Of a stretch of 64,000 bases of DNA, positions 35,441 to 48,858 are shown one piece after another. The position numbers and the translations under genes are program-made. The stretch lies in NCBI RefSeq assembly GCF_001447785.1, contig NW_015172097.1:47296-111295 (forward strand). Reading direction: 5' to 3'. The DNA comes from Gekko japonicus (lineage: Eukaryota). The number at the start of each line of letters is the position of its first letter. The first letter of the stretch is position 1. The notes under the pieces were generated by a model. It was given only the letters and a program-made list of their open reading frames with translations. It was not told the origin of the DNA and did not search any database.

Positions 35441-36160
35441 GGGCCAGACTAGATATGATGGTGTTCTCATGGCTACCACGAAGATGTCACTGCCATTTTA
35501 AAGTGATTTTAAAAATGCCACAAGGACTAAATCCTGATTGGACCCACAGCATGGCGCTCCTGTTCCCCCCACACACATATCTTTTCAAGTGCCATTTTGG
35601 CATGGGGGGAAACCAAGAGCACCTCAGCCTGCCACACTGTGGGCCTGATCAGGCAGCATTTCTAAATCACTTTAAAAGTGTTGGAAATGTATGTGTTTAC
35701 AAGGTCTGACAATCCAGTCATTATAGGGTTAACTTGTTTACCTAGTATTGCTATTGTTTAGACTGACCTGGAAGGGATACCTGGCACAGAGCCAATGGGG
35801 GATTAGCCCGGGAAAAGGTGTGATACAGATTGGTTTGTTTGTTTGCAGGTGACTTCCTTCCTAGGGGTCGAGAAGAAGGACAGACTCTCCATTATCTGTG
35901 TGTTAGTGTGTGATTATGTGTTGAACTATAAGCAGTAGAAAATGTAGCTGTTAGATGTTCTGTTATTTTGTAGGTTCTCTGTATACCTTTTTTTACCCTT
36001 AGAAATAAAGGTTTTTAAAAGCAAAGAAATCTTTTCTTTCCAATAGAGCAAGATCCATTGATACTCTGAGTAATTTAAATATTTTTGACTATTTTTACAA
36101 AAAGAACAGAGGCATCCCTGTGGCAGCCATGATGATGCAGTCATGTCTACTTTGGCCCTT
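35441..36160. mobile_element. PIF/Harbinger-like MITE
   Basis: Imperfect TIRs GGGCCAGACTAGATATGA / TCATGTCTACTTTGGCCC, flanked by TTA. Confidence 0.5.
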
Positions 36161-36756
36161 ATGGTTAAATTGGTACTTTTAGCATCAACAACAGAAAACT
36201 AGTTTTTGGTACATACTTGCAAATAAATTTAATCTGAACATACGGAAATTATTTTGATGTTCACCTGATAATTCAGAAGACTCAGCCCAAATGCGTATCA
36301 ACTGAAAGAATGAAACATCATCCAAATGCATTTATGTTTACAATATTCACATGGAGCCTATTACCACAATGTAGGAGTTTACTTATGCATCAATTGTTAC
36401 AACATGAGAAAATCAGATGGAAGCTTTCTATACTTTGTGATTGTTCTCAGGGACAGCATTTGTTTCTGCAAAATGCAGGTGCTGGAGTGAGGGGAAGATA
36501 TGGGTTTCTTTCCTTTGACAGTTTTCATGGCAAATACCACCTCCATCAACCTGCTTTTACCCATTTTTTTAACTGACAAAAGGACATTCTTCCCACTGAC
36601 CTGATGTTCTGCAACTGTTTTCCTTTTTAAATTTTTCGGTTCTTCGACAGATGTGCCCTTCAATTTCAGACTCCTGCCACAGAGTACACTTAGGGTGGGC
36701 CAAAATTGAAGCAAGCCTTATTAAGTCAAAGGGATGCCCATACATTTTTTACATTT

Positions 36757-39700
36757 CTTATGCTTTCCAAGAAGAGGACAATTATACAAACACAAAGCAG
36801 TTGTAAAATAAATACACAGTTACAACAAACTACTGCATGGAAGCTAACAATTAGTATGAAAAACTGAGTAACAACTTAATATATAGCAATGGTTTTAAGG
36901 CTGTCAGGAATCTAGTTTTTCAACTTTCCCCCCTTATAAAATCAAGAAAAGGGAACCATCTTTCAAAAACGTCCGATTGATAATTCAGATTTTCAACCAC
37001 TGAAATATGATTGGATATTTTATCCATTACTAGAGATTCCCATAACTTATTAACCCAAAGTTATAGGGAAGGATGGGTTTTATCTTTCCAGTGTCTTGCA
37101 ATGAGCAATTTTGCAGCAACCAACATATATGTGATTAGATCCTTATGGACTATAGCTATATCTATGTCCTCCCAAAGGTTGAGTAATATGACTTCAGGGC
37201 AAGGTATAATCTGTAATTTTCCTTATTATGTCAAAAATGATTCCCAAATAGCTCCATGTTTTATACAACCATTTTAAATTTAAAAATATATTATAAAGCC
37301 ATGAGTTAGAGAGTTAACAAAAATAAGGCATATTTCTGTTTAAGTATAATTTATGTGCAGGCAGATACTGAAGCAAATTGCAAAAGTATGTTATTTAAAG
37401 CTTTAAGGGAATCAAAAAGGATCAGTAAGGTATAATGCTAGATCATCTGCAAATAAACTGATTTTAAACTCTGTTGCACCAACATATTGCTTCTAACTTA
37501 ATTTTATCGTTTAAAGACCCCTTGGTTGTAACATCACATAATCCTGATAGATTATTGCTTCCTCCAGGAAGCATAAGTATTCCTAGAATTACCAAAAAGG
37601 ACAAAACTTGGGAAATGTCAGGAGCTAACAGTTTTCTTTTTGTGTTCCATATACGTAAAGTGGCTTCCAAGAAGGGGTTCAGATATATTGTGTTAGGCCT
37701 ATCTTTCAGGTTATTCTATATTATTCTATATATATCTTCAATGGCAGATAGGCCAATAAACATTTGTTCAATCTCCACCAAGTCCTTGGAGTCACCAGAA
37801 TTGAGGTAAGCTAACAAAAATTTTAATTGGATTGCTTCGTAATAGTTAATTAAATCAGGGAGGTCATAACCTCCTGCTCTGGGTGGCTGAGATAAAATTT
37901 GGTGACTTATTCTAGGCTTCTTCTGACCCCAGATAAAAGCATTAAGGGTAGATTGCCAGGTTTTTTAAATCTTTGAGTGTAAGTTGAATGGCTAAATTTT
38001 GAAAAACAAAAAGAAACTGTGGAAACAAGATACTTAACCAAATCAATTCTTTCTGGCCATTTAAGAAACTGCTTAGTCCAATTTTTAACTGCTGCACTGA
38101 TTTTCCAGAGCAAAGGTTAATTGCACTTAAATATCTCCAAGGTTTATACAACCATTTTAATTTTTAAAATATTATACAGTCATGAGTTGGGAGTTAACAA
38201 CAATGGGGTATATTTCTGTTTAATTTATGTGTAGGCCAGATACTGAAGCAAATTGCAAAAGTATGTTATTTAAAGCTTTAAAAGAATCAAAAGGATCAGT
38301 AAGATATAATGCTAGATCATCTGCAAATAAACCAGGGCTAGTTTTGGGCAGGAACGCACAGGAACGAAGTTCCAGCTGGCTCCCAAGTTTGCCACGCCCA
38401 GCAGGAACTCATTAGCATAATAGGCCACACCCAACAGCAGAAACGCATTAGGATTGGCTACATTAGGGGTGTGTGGCCTAACATGCAAAGGAGTTCCTGC
38501 TACAAAAAAGCCCTGGGTTTTGACAACAAACAAGGTAAACCGAATAAGAAGGAAAAGGTGGGTGTGGCGGGATGAGCACACTTCTGGTAACATGGAGGTG
38601 TGGCCTAATATGCCAATGAGTTGTGCTGTCAGAGGTGTGGCCTAATATGCTAATGAGTTCCTGCTGTTGGGTGTGGCCTATTATGCTAATGAGTTCCTGC
38701 TGGGCTTTTTCTACAAAAAAAGCCCTGAAATAAACTGATTTTAAACTCTGTTGCACCAATTATAACACTGTGGATTACAGAGCTACACCTGATGGCTTTC
38801 AGCTAAGGGTTCTATGGACAGGGCAAATAAAAGAGGGGATAGAGAGCAAACTTGTCTGGTACTCCTAGAAAGAAAAAAGTCTGCAGACTTAAAACCATTT
38901 ATTTTAACATGAGTTCTTGGAGCTTTATAAAGTGCTTCTTCAACGGCACGCAAAAATCTGTCCCTGAAACTCATTAGTGATATTTTTAAATACAGTACTT
39001 CTAGCTGGTCAAAGGCCTTTTCTATATCAACAGCCTAAATCAATGCTTCTATATTGTTAAGCCTACAATGGTTGATTGCAATCAGGGTTTTCCTGATATT
39101 GTCCATGACACTTCTGGTGGGAATAAAGCAGGATTTATCTTTGTAAATATAATTAGTAATGATTTTATTTAGCCTAGAGGCTAGGATGGATGTAAAGATT
39201 TTTGCATATTGGTTTAAAAAATGATATCAGGCAATATGACTCCGGTTTCTTCCCAAGTTCTTCTGGATTCTTCCCAAGATGTTGGCGTTTTACCTGTCTG
39301 TAAGATATAGTTACAGATGTCAGTTAAACATTTAGTTAATGGCTCTGCAAATCTCTTATAAAATTCTGTGGGCAGGCCATCGCCTGCCAGGTGCTTTATT
39401 GTTTTAAGTTTTCTTATAGTCTCTAAAGATTCCTTCGGTGTTATAAGTTGTTCTAAAAATTCCAAATGCTCTGAAGTGAATTTATTTTTTTAGCTTACAT
39501 GATTGTAAATATTGCTATTTTCCTGAAGATTATCTGGGTGATATAATTTTTGGTAATAATCAGCAAATATTTGAGTTATTTCCTTCATACTCAAAGTCAG
39601 TTTTTTCCAAGGGCCACAGATAGTATTGACTGACCTAGAAGAGGCTTTCTGAGCGACTCTCCAAGATAAAAGATGAAGTGATTTAGAAGTTTTAACCCAA

Positions 39701-41736
39701 TATTTTTGTTTTAAAATATTCTTTTGTATTTTAGACATTTCTAATGCTTCCAAATTTGTCCGTACCAGTGATAGTTTGTGTAAGGTTTTTTCCCCACCAA
39801 ATCGTTTATGCCTATTTTCAAGAGCTATACTTTCGTCTTTTAATTCTGAAATCAGTTTAATTTTGTTCTTTTTGCAGGCAGATGCCAAAGAGATGAATCT
39901 GCCATGTAGTACTGCTTTCAAAGCATCACACACAACTTTGTCATCAATGCCACAATTTGAATTCAACTCAAAATAATCAGCTATGGATTTAGATATTTCT
40001 GTCTGGATATTGTTATCTAATAAAAGAGAAGTGTTCAATGTCCAATTATAGCCTCTATCATCTGTTTCTTTATAAATTATAGAGCATTCCACCCAGGCAT
40101 GGTCCGACCATTCTTGGACCAATAGATACTGATGGAATTTGATGAGCAAATATATGAGATGCCAATAAATAATCTATACGGGTGTAGATTCTATGACCTA
40201 AAGAATAACAGGTAAAATCTTTCTCACCTGGGTGGAGTTTTCACCAGATGTCATATAAACCATTTTTTTCTAAAAACTTACTTTATTCCAAACCTACCAC
40301 ATTTTTCTTACATTTTTACCCATTTGATAAGTTCTACCTATATTGGGATTGATAATATAATTAAGGTCACTACCTATCAAAGTGTCACCTTCTTGAAACA
40401 GCTGTAACTTGGATAGTGATTCATCTATAAAAGTAAGTTGCCTGTTGTTGGGTACATAGATGGATGCAAAAGTTATCATATTTCCATTTGTTTTACCTTT
40501 TATAAAAAGAAATCTTCTTCCAGAATCTATAAGAGAATTGACATAGTCAAATTGTATATTTTTAGAAATAAGAATGGCTACACACTGGAATTTGAAGTTC
40601 CAGGAGCTTGGAACTGGTGAAGATACCACTGATTTTTCAGGACCTGTTTCACAGAGGATTTATAGTGGGTTTCCTAAAGAAACAGGATATCTACCCATTC
40701 CTTGGTCATAGCCGAGATATTTTCTTAAGTTTAATGTAATTATTCAACCATCTACAGTTTAAAGATAACACCTTGTAAAAAGTCGCAGATGAAGATTGGC
40801 TAGCATATTTAAGCCAGAGTCGAAGTAGACAGCTTGCAACCAAGTGGCAAGTTCCATTGGTAGATACTATAAATTTACAGGGGAAGCCCCACCTGTATCT
40901 AATATTGGCTCTGGTTAAGGCTTCCATGATAGGTTTCAAAGTTTTTCTTCTTGCAGGGACATCCAAAAGAAATGTCTGGATAGGCTTGGATTTTGAGATC
41001 TTTATATGGTAAGTAACCATGGAATCGGGCTTCCTTTAGCATTCTTTGTTTGAATTTGAAGTCAGCAAATTTCACAATGATGTCTCTCTAATGCCTTGAC
41101 CTTCTCTAAAGGCTTTTTCTATAAGGGGAGCAACCTCATCTCCAAGATGGAGGACAGACACCATCCAGGAAGGTAGAAAGACAGTCAGCTCACTGTTTTC
41201 CTCTATTTGTTCTGGAAACCCTCTAAATTGAAGGTAATTTTGTTTTGTGTTTTCCAGAACGATGATTTTATCTCTCATGTGTTCTTCATTGGTTTGGAGT
41301 TGTTCTAATTCTTCCTGTAGGGTTAACTCTAACTTCATAGCAGACTCGGCAGTTTTTGAAGTTTCATTTAGAGGATGATTCCTTACGTTGAGCAGAAACT
41401 GAATCCATGAAATTTTGGATCTTACCGGAAATTCTCAAATCTAGTTGATCTAGCAGTTGTTTTTTGTAAGCAGTTTTGCACTATTTTGCATTGTGTCTTT
41501 TGTAGCTGCCATTTTAGAGGTTTCCTCAAAGTTGGATAGTTGGATTTGGGGCTGCTCTTTGAGTTTTTAGAAGCAAAGAAGGTCTGCAGGGTTTAGCTTT
41601 AGCTCCTGTAGGTTTGCCCATTGTTTTAATTCATATATCATTTGTTTATTTGTGTGAATTATATTCCATTGGAGGGAAAGGGTTGGAAGCTTCAGAATTT
41701 CGTGTCCATCATTTTGGATGACGCTCTGCCTCCCCC
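36757..41736 (-). mobile_element. full-length but decayed and internally rearranged L1 LINE
   Basis: 5' end GGGGGAGGCAGAG. ORF1 from ~41621 (QNYLQFRGFPE, IRYRWGFP). ORF2 endonuclease (ASIYVPN, WSDH) and RT (GDGLPTEFYK, RQVCSLSPLLFALSIEPL, LFADD). Candidate TSD CATTTTTTA(C/T)ATTT at ~36743 and ~41736. Confidence 0.9.
38333..38727. mobile_element. composite hAT MITE inserted immediately before the L1 FADD codons
   Basis: TIRs CAGGGCT / AGCCCTG (the right TIR occurs twice, ~38515 and 38727); exact 8-bp TSD AAATAAAC. Confidence 0.85.
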
Positions 41737-43890
41737 ATTTTTTATATTTTTACTGTGTGAACAAAGCAAATGCACTTGGAGATGGCAGCATTCAATGTAG
41801 AGGCAAACAGGTAGGCAGGGTGGGCAGTCAAGGTCAGACACAGGTTAATCAAGACTGTCAAGCTGTTCAATGGTGAGGCAGGAACGAAAAGTTCAAGAGC
41901 AGCTCATTCTGTACCCAACTCAGAAGTCTGCTCAGTCTGATGAGCCAGGTGTTACAAGATAGTGTAATCTTGTACCATCTGATCTTTCCTTGACACCTGG
42001 GACCTATACCACCACCCTCAGAATATCATCAGTAACAGTTCTAGAGTATGGCAGAGAGAGGGCAGCAACTTCCTTCTTCAGCAAGCAACCACAATGATAC
42101 AGAGTAACCTATGGGATTATTGTGCAAAGGCTGAAAAACATTTAGATGGCTATGAAACAGAAAGAAACTGACCCGGGTTAGAAGCCACCCTAATCGTAGC
42201 ACATCCGTGTGCTGCGTAACTCAGCAAACTACAATACTCAAGTAACAGGGCCTACTGGTTGACAACTCCCCTTGGAGAAGTCCCTGCTTAAGTAGGAGGG
42301 TTGATCATCAATAGCCCCCCTTTGTCATCCTGCAACTATTTCAGCTGCTCTGGCAATATTCTTAAGGCCTGTTTTTCATGTCTCTGGGTAAAGTCATACA
42401 GCAGGTTCCCTGCTTCAAAAAAAGAAAAAGAAAAGAAAAAGGACCGCCTCATCTGTATACAACTTCGTAACATAGCAATAAAGTTGACAAGCACATTTCT
42501 GTCCCCTGTAATACAAAGACACATTACTGAATTCAATATCTAGGTTAGGCTAGTTTATAATTCAGTGTAAATACAACCATTTTAAAAAGCAACACTTAAA
42601 AATTAAGTGCCTTCTGAACAGCACACATACAATAAATGAGGCATCCCCTGCTGCAGCAACAGGGTGAAAACCGAAGATGCTTAGAGAAATTAGGTCAAGG
42701 TTTGTACTGTGAGAAAAAGCACTAGTGTACAATAGATGTCCTTCTCCTTTGAGTGTTTGGTGCTTGCATTCTAGTAATAAAACTCATGCTACATGAGGCA
42801 CGCACAAGATATATGTATAATTCAGAACTTCAGTATCTAGCCACGAGGCACCAGAATTTGAAAGCCTGCCAAGAGCGGTTTTCCCCACTCTGCAGCCCAC
42901 CCAGAAGACTAGAATCTACATCTTTGCCTTAGCTATGCCCTATTTCAGCTTCTCTTCATTAAAGTAACTGGAGGAAAAACAATTTTTAAATAAGAAAAGT
43001 GAAGTCCTGATCAGATTACTTAATGTTATTCTGCTTGAGCTGACAGTTGAAGAACCATTTGGATAACCACTGCTTTTAGCATGTGCAAGACTGTCAAGGC
43101 ATTAATACCTGTAATTCATTGTGACTCATAAAAATTCGTACTAGTTAATTCATTCACTAATTAGAATTTAAAAGGGCACTATGTGAATGGGAACAATCTC
43201 ATTTAAGTTCTACTGAATTTTCTTATACAAGTTGGAGGTGACAAGGGAGAGCCAAGCCTACTTAAACTTCCAAGCACTCTCCCCATTAATATCCTTTGTC
43301 CAGTTTAACACCCTGAAGCAAAGTATATCAATGTCACCAAGTTAGTACAGTGGGTTTCCCAAGCTTTGAGGGCAAAACATCTCAATAACTGCCAGGTACA
43401 TACCCACTTCCAGGACTGCACAGGCAGCACAAAATGTATTTCCTCTAGGAATCCCTGAAAAAAAAAATAGCTAGACAAATTAACCACTGGATAAGAAAAG
43501 GATGTTTCTCATAATATACCATTTTCTTCACAAAAAGCAGTACCTTGCTCAAATAGGCTCATGTAGATGAACACTATGTGTGAACCAGGCAAACATGGAT
43601 ACAACTGGGTTAGATTTTAAATTACAGGAGCAACTTTCCAACCATAATAGTAATAATAATTGCTGCTGGACATATCTTGATTGTCTACCACACAGTCCGT
43701 GCAAATGTCAAAGTGGGGGGTGGCAGTCAGAGCTGCTCACATAAAAAAAAATATTTATGTTGATTGGTCATAAAATGGCATTCACAATCACTGTGAATTA
43801 ATAAACCTTAAAATAATTTTAAATCCAGTTTTGTTCGCACAATGGAATTTAAATCCTTAAAACTCTCAATAGTCCTCATAAGCTTTCAGT

Positions 43891-44240
43891 TGTGCCTGGA
43901 GTGGGGACCAGCCCACGGTGGGTGGGGAGAAGGAAGACACAGACACATATGCTGGGGAGAACTTTATTAAAGCCTACCACTTTATTGATTACAGGTTACT
44001 CCTCAGGTCTTTGTATCACATAGGCAGGGGACAATGGGTGCGGTTGACAGCCCAACTGTTATCAGCAACTTCCCCAACCTATCTGTTGGGGTAACAGAGG
44101 GCAGAGCCCTCGCTGTCCTCCTGCGGGCATGGCCAGTGCATCAGCCCCAAGATTGGCTGTCCTGTACCTACCCCAGAGCCCCTTACAGGAACTCCCCTTT
44201 TGGTTGTGCAGGAAGCCCAACCTGCACAATGTACACTACA
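43891..44240 (-). mobile_element. possible solo LTR
   Basis: TG start, minus-strand AATAAA at ~43965 and GC-richer composition; no clean TSD found. Confidence 0.3.
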
Positions 44241-44565
44241 TTACCCAGACTGTGCTTAAAGGCCAGCAGCCAGTTGTGATGGTTATGGTCTTTGTAACAG
44301 TGCAAACAAGCACACACAGTAAAAATATTCTTTTGCTATGAGGAAAGTGAAAACTCCAGGGCCTATCAGACAATTAGCTCTCAGTAAAATTTCTTCCTAG
44401 CCCTGTTAATCAGAGACCCACTGCAGTCATTGCAAAGGATGAGTACCCACACCACAAATAAACCCTAGAAGCATGGGGTGGAAAGGTGGGTCTTTGCCAA
44501 GAAAGAGTTGCTGAATGCCAAGAACCTCTTCAGCCAGCTCATTTCAGTCTGAGCTGTGTACCTGA

Positions 44566-44931
44566 GGCCCCGGTCACACGGGCAGGAAACTGCAGAGAAG
44601 AAGCGTGGCTGTTTGCCCTGGGGCAAACTACTGCGCAGTTATGTGATCAGACCTCCTGTGGAGGTCCTGTGGAGGTACCGTGGAGGTTCCATGGCGACAT
44701 GGGCGGGCGCCGGATGCCACCGGAAACGCGATCAGACGCCCGCCCTTGCCCCGCAGTTTCCGGAAACTAGTACCTCCAAGGTACTAGTTTTTTGCCACGT
44801 AGTTTCGGCTGGAAGCCTCGGTTGAGCCACGGGAGTGCTACGCTTCCCAGATGTGCTGGTGAGATCGCGCCCGGAAACTCCGGCTGTTTTCCGTCTCATT
44901 TGTGTGGCTTCTGTTACGTGTGACCGCAGCC
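44566..44931. mobile_element. PIF/Harbinger-like palindromic MITE, CpG-rich
   Basis: TIRs GGCCCCGGTCACACG / CGTGTGACCGCAGCC; 3-bp flanks TGA/AGA; internal palindrome ACTAGTACC..GGTACTAGT. Confidence 0.65.
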
Positions 44932-45789
44932 AGAGATATGCTTGCACTCCACAGGTCTCCATGCCCTACTCATCCATGATGGGTTGACCTCTGGGGGCAG
45001 GCTACAGGAAGATGCTTGAGAGGTGACTGGCTGACAGTGAGTGCTAGGCACAATTGCCCAAAGTCATCCTTGTTTCCCCACACCACCCTGACCAGGTACA
45101 AATGATGGCCCAGCTTATGGCTGGAGCCAAATCTTCTGTTGCAGTCACTTCAACCTCTGTACGCACTGACATCATATAAGTTTATGGCTTCCAAAGAGAC
45201 TACAACAATAAGCATCGGTGACTTTTCAAGGACTGATACAAAAGTATTGCAAGAAATGTTAATTTGCTAGAGTGGCCCCTGATTAGCTAGGATCGCCCAC
45301 ATGACCAATATATAAAATGTTGTTGTCACCCTAAAGAGGCTTCATTTTCTGTTAATTGTGTCACCCATATGGCCAAATCTGGCTAAGTAACACTATGACG
45401 TCACCCCATCTAGTATGTGATCTCTGTGTGGCTAGGAACATGCCTGGAGGAATGAAAATAGTGCCAAAGCAGCAGCAGAGGGGAAACACAATAGCTCCAA
45501 GCAGTTGCCAACAGCAACAAAGAAAGGTAGGTTGCAAGGGTTTATTTTTACAAAGTCGTTTGTTGGTTCCCCTAAAATCACTACAGTCTGACAGGAAAAT
45601 CCAGGAGTTAAATTATTGCAATTGTGAAATATCCAGCGGCATGTGGATCCAGCCTAGTACACTTCTATATGCCAAATTAAATTTTGGTAATATGTTCTGT
45701 TATCATTTTATCCGTCATAACCCCAGTAAATTCAAGAAAGTGTCAAGAATCTCCAACATACTTGTGTGCTACCCTTTCCTCCACAAAGA

Positions 45790-46100
45790 GAGGTTGTGAG
45801 TATTAGAAGTGCCGTTAACTATCTAATTAAATGTATTTTAAACACATGCTATTAAGAATTCATTTATGGCACCTAACAAGAAAACTTATTAGAGGTAGTT
45901 TCACAATTACTTACAGTAGTGCTGTTTTAATCAAACCCTAATTAATCTGTTGATTTTCTTTTCTGACATAGTCTTGCTGAAAACAAACATACCTAATTAA
46001 AACACAGCTTGTTTATCTAGCAACCTAAGGTTTCAACTCTAAAAGTGATGTTCAGGAAACAATTGCTTCCTGCAGCATGTCATTTATTTTATTCCTTTCA
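45790..46100. promoter_or_regulatory. candidate conserved developmental enhancer
   Basis: TE-free AT-rich block with CTAATTAA x3 (45823, 45938, 45993), CATTTATGGC (45861), TGTTTAT and AACAATTG. Based on motif density only. Confidence 0.3.
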
Positions 46101-47064
46101 AAAATACCTTAAAACCAAAATTATGCTATGTCAGCAAGAAGGCTGCTAAAGAAAGACATTAATTGTTCCAGAGGACTTATGTTGCCAATAATTTACATTT
46201 AAACATGCATTTTCTACTGAAGGCCTCTATGTTAGGTGGTTCAGAACTCTGCAAAGGTAATTCATTACGACCTAATACTTTCCATTCATAGTTTTAGCAA
46301 CAGAATCATTTGTATAAACATGCAGAGACATTTACAAATTTATGGGACTGACCCACTTTTACGCTGAGTGGAGGGTGAACAGTACCATACAAAGCAGCCT
46401 TTCAAAGTGCATGTTCTCGCCAGTTGGGAGTAGCATTGGCGGACTCCAAATGTGCTTTATTTTTAACCTTGAATACTAAAGACAAAGCAGTAATATCACA
46501 ACACTATAGAAGATAATATCTAACACGATAAACAGCCGTTATCAACTAACAGTCAAAGATAACTCAAAGATAAGTCATTTCCCCATCACCAGAAAAAGGA
46601 AAAGCCATCTTCTAAAGGAAAAAACCCCTCTGTTCACACAGACATTGTTAAACACTGTAGCATCCATTGGGTTGTAACCTGTCACTGTGCTAAGTTGAAG
46701 ACATGCACTCCATTGGTGTAAGGCATGCCCCAGCAACAGGATGTGCCATGTGTTGACAAAACATGCTACCCTTAGCTGGGCAGACCTATATTTTTTCTCA
46801 AAACTAACAAAGGAAAATCAAACTGAGTAGTACTACAATGTGCATTTATCAAAATGATGATTAAATAGTTACTATAAGTGGGTGTTCACCTACTGTATTT
46901 GTGCAGAAGGAATCACATTGGCCCCAACTCTCCCTTGCTTCTATCACCCAACTGGTACTTTTTTACCAAACTGATAAAGACAACAAACAAACAAAAATTT
47001 TGATTGGTCAATCAAATTCATCCTTTGGGAATTATCTTTCGATCTGAAGTATTTCACAGGAAGC

Positions 47065-48858
47065 GGGCAAACAGGTGCTGGCGTGGTGAGAACAGTCAAC
47101 ACAGGGAAGCTCTCCCGTGTGCCGGCTGGACCAACGTTTTTTTAGAGGAGTTTGGGGGCTCCTGAACTCCACTGAGCTCCCCAAAGAGTAGCACAGTCCA
47201 GGGGGCTCGATTGGGACTCCCCACTATCAACAGCAAGTGGGCGAGAGTCCTTTGATCACCCCGAAGCAAGAACTGATCGAGAGCACCCATGCCAGGCTTG
47301 GACACAGAGCTGTGACCGCCCGAGCAAGGGGGAGAAGCAGAAAACTTCAACTGAACTGCTTATGAACATCATCACCGTGAGTAAAAGTACTAGCAACAAC
47401 CTCAGAAACTCCCCATTGATTAAGCCCCCTTTAACTCTATCTTGGTTTGTTGAAATTATAAAAGTACATTCTGTTTTCTCTGTATTGTTAACAATTGATA
47501 AGAATGTCAGCCTTGGTTGAAACTGTCTCAGTCTTTAATATGACTATAATGGCTATTGCTTTACAAATATAGAAGTGGCATGATTGTAAGGGTTTTTTTT
47601 ACTGAAAGACAACCTGAAAGATTCTCAGTATTTTAACTTGGGAATGCACCTGCTTTGCTTTAATATAACCATAACAAAACTTGCTGTGCAAATAGAGGTA
47701 GTTGTGTGAAGGTAGAGGTTGTACTGACATAGAGTTGGAGAGATTCCCTGTTTTCAACACGATATTTTGGAATTGTCTGGTGTAGACAAAGATACATTGT
47801 TGACTACAGACTTTAAATTATTATTACAGGAAGCAATTATAACAGCAGTAAGAACAGCTCTGGGAAAAACTATGAAGAACGTGCAACCTAAGCCTGATTT
47901 ACCTTTACAGTAGAGCATCAATCAGAAGGAAGAGCAAACTGACATGACACTTATTATTGTGGGATATATTGAAACAGAAAATTTAGATGAAGGCTACAAT
48001 CCAACTGATATGACTTACAAAACATATTCAAGAACAGACAAGCTGACTGAAGAATCGGATATGAGACCCCATGAAGGAATGACAAGAGATGGAATTATTG
48101 AACCAACAAATGAAACATCTACTCAAAGAGAGAGAAAATAATATATGGAACCTCAAACTACTTTAAAAATTGATTATAGATGGTTACCACCAGAAGATAC
48201 TTGTTTCATCTACAATGGGAAAAGGCACAAAACTAAGACCTTAAGGCTCAAGAGGAGAAATCAGAGAACGAAGAAAAGAATGAAAATTTATGGAAAAGTT
48301 CCCAAATTTTCTGGATGAGAGAGATACATAAACATCAATTTCTTTAGATAAGGGAGAGACACACTTCACAGCTGTTTAAAACTATATAAATGAGTTGAAA
48401 CATTAGAAAATATACTAAAAGAGTATAAAAATGTTTTGAAACATATGTGCAAGATTACTGTAAGAATATAAGGTGAAATTTGAAAAACAAATTTTGAGGT
48501 AATTAAATAGGTAATCTGATGAGGTAATGAAATCCCCTATTATTTAGATACCCATGTAAATGCTTGTGTATGTAGGAAATTACATGGTTTCTAGATTTTG
48601 AAATGAACTGAAAAATACAATAGAAAAGTATACAGACATATAACCTTTCATGGATTATAAAAACTGATATTTAAAAGTTTGCAAAAGATTTTTCTAAGAA
48701 CATAAGGAAATGGAAAACAAATATGGCATGAAGTATTTAAGCATGTAAACTGATGATGTAATTGAACCCCCAACATTTATGTATTTGTGTGTTACAGACT
48801 TCTGTGTTTGGTTGTTGTGATGTTTGTCTTTATAAAAAACAAGAATCTTTTTAAAAAA
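47065..48858 (+). mobile_element. ~1.8-kb non-autonomous L1 derivative (ORF1-only, HAL1-like)
   Basis: 20-bp exact TSD TGAAGTATTTCACAGGAAGC (47045-47064 / 48859-48878). GC-rich 5' leader, ORF1 C-terminus-like KIDYRWLPPEDTCFIYNGKRHK at ~48165-48235, A-rich end, and no RT motifs seen. Confidence 0.7.
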
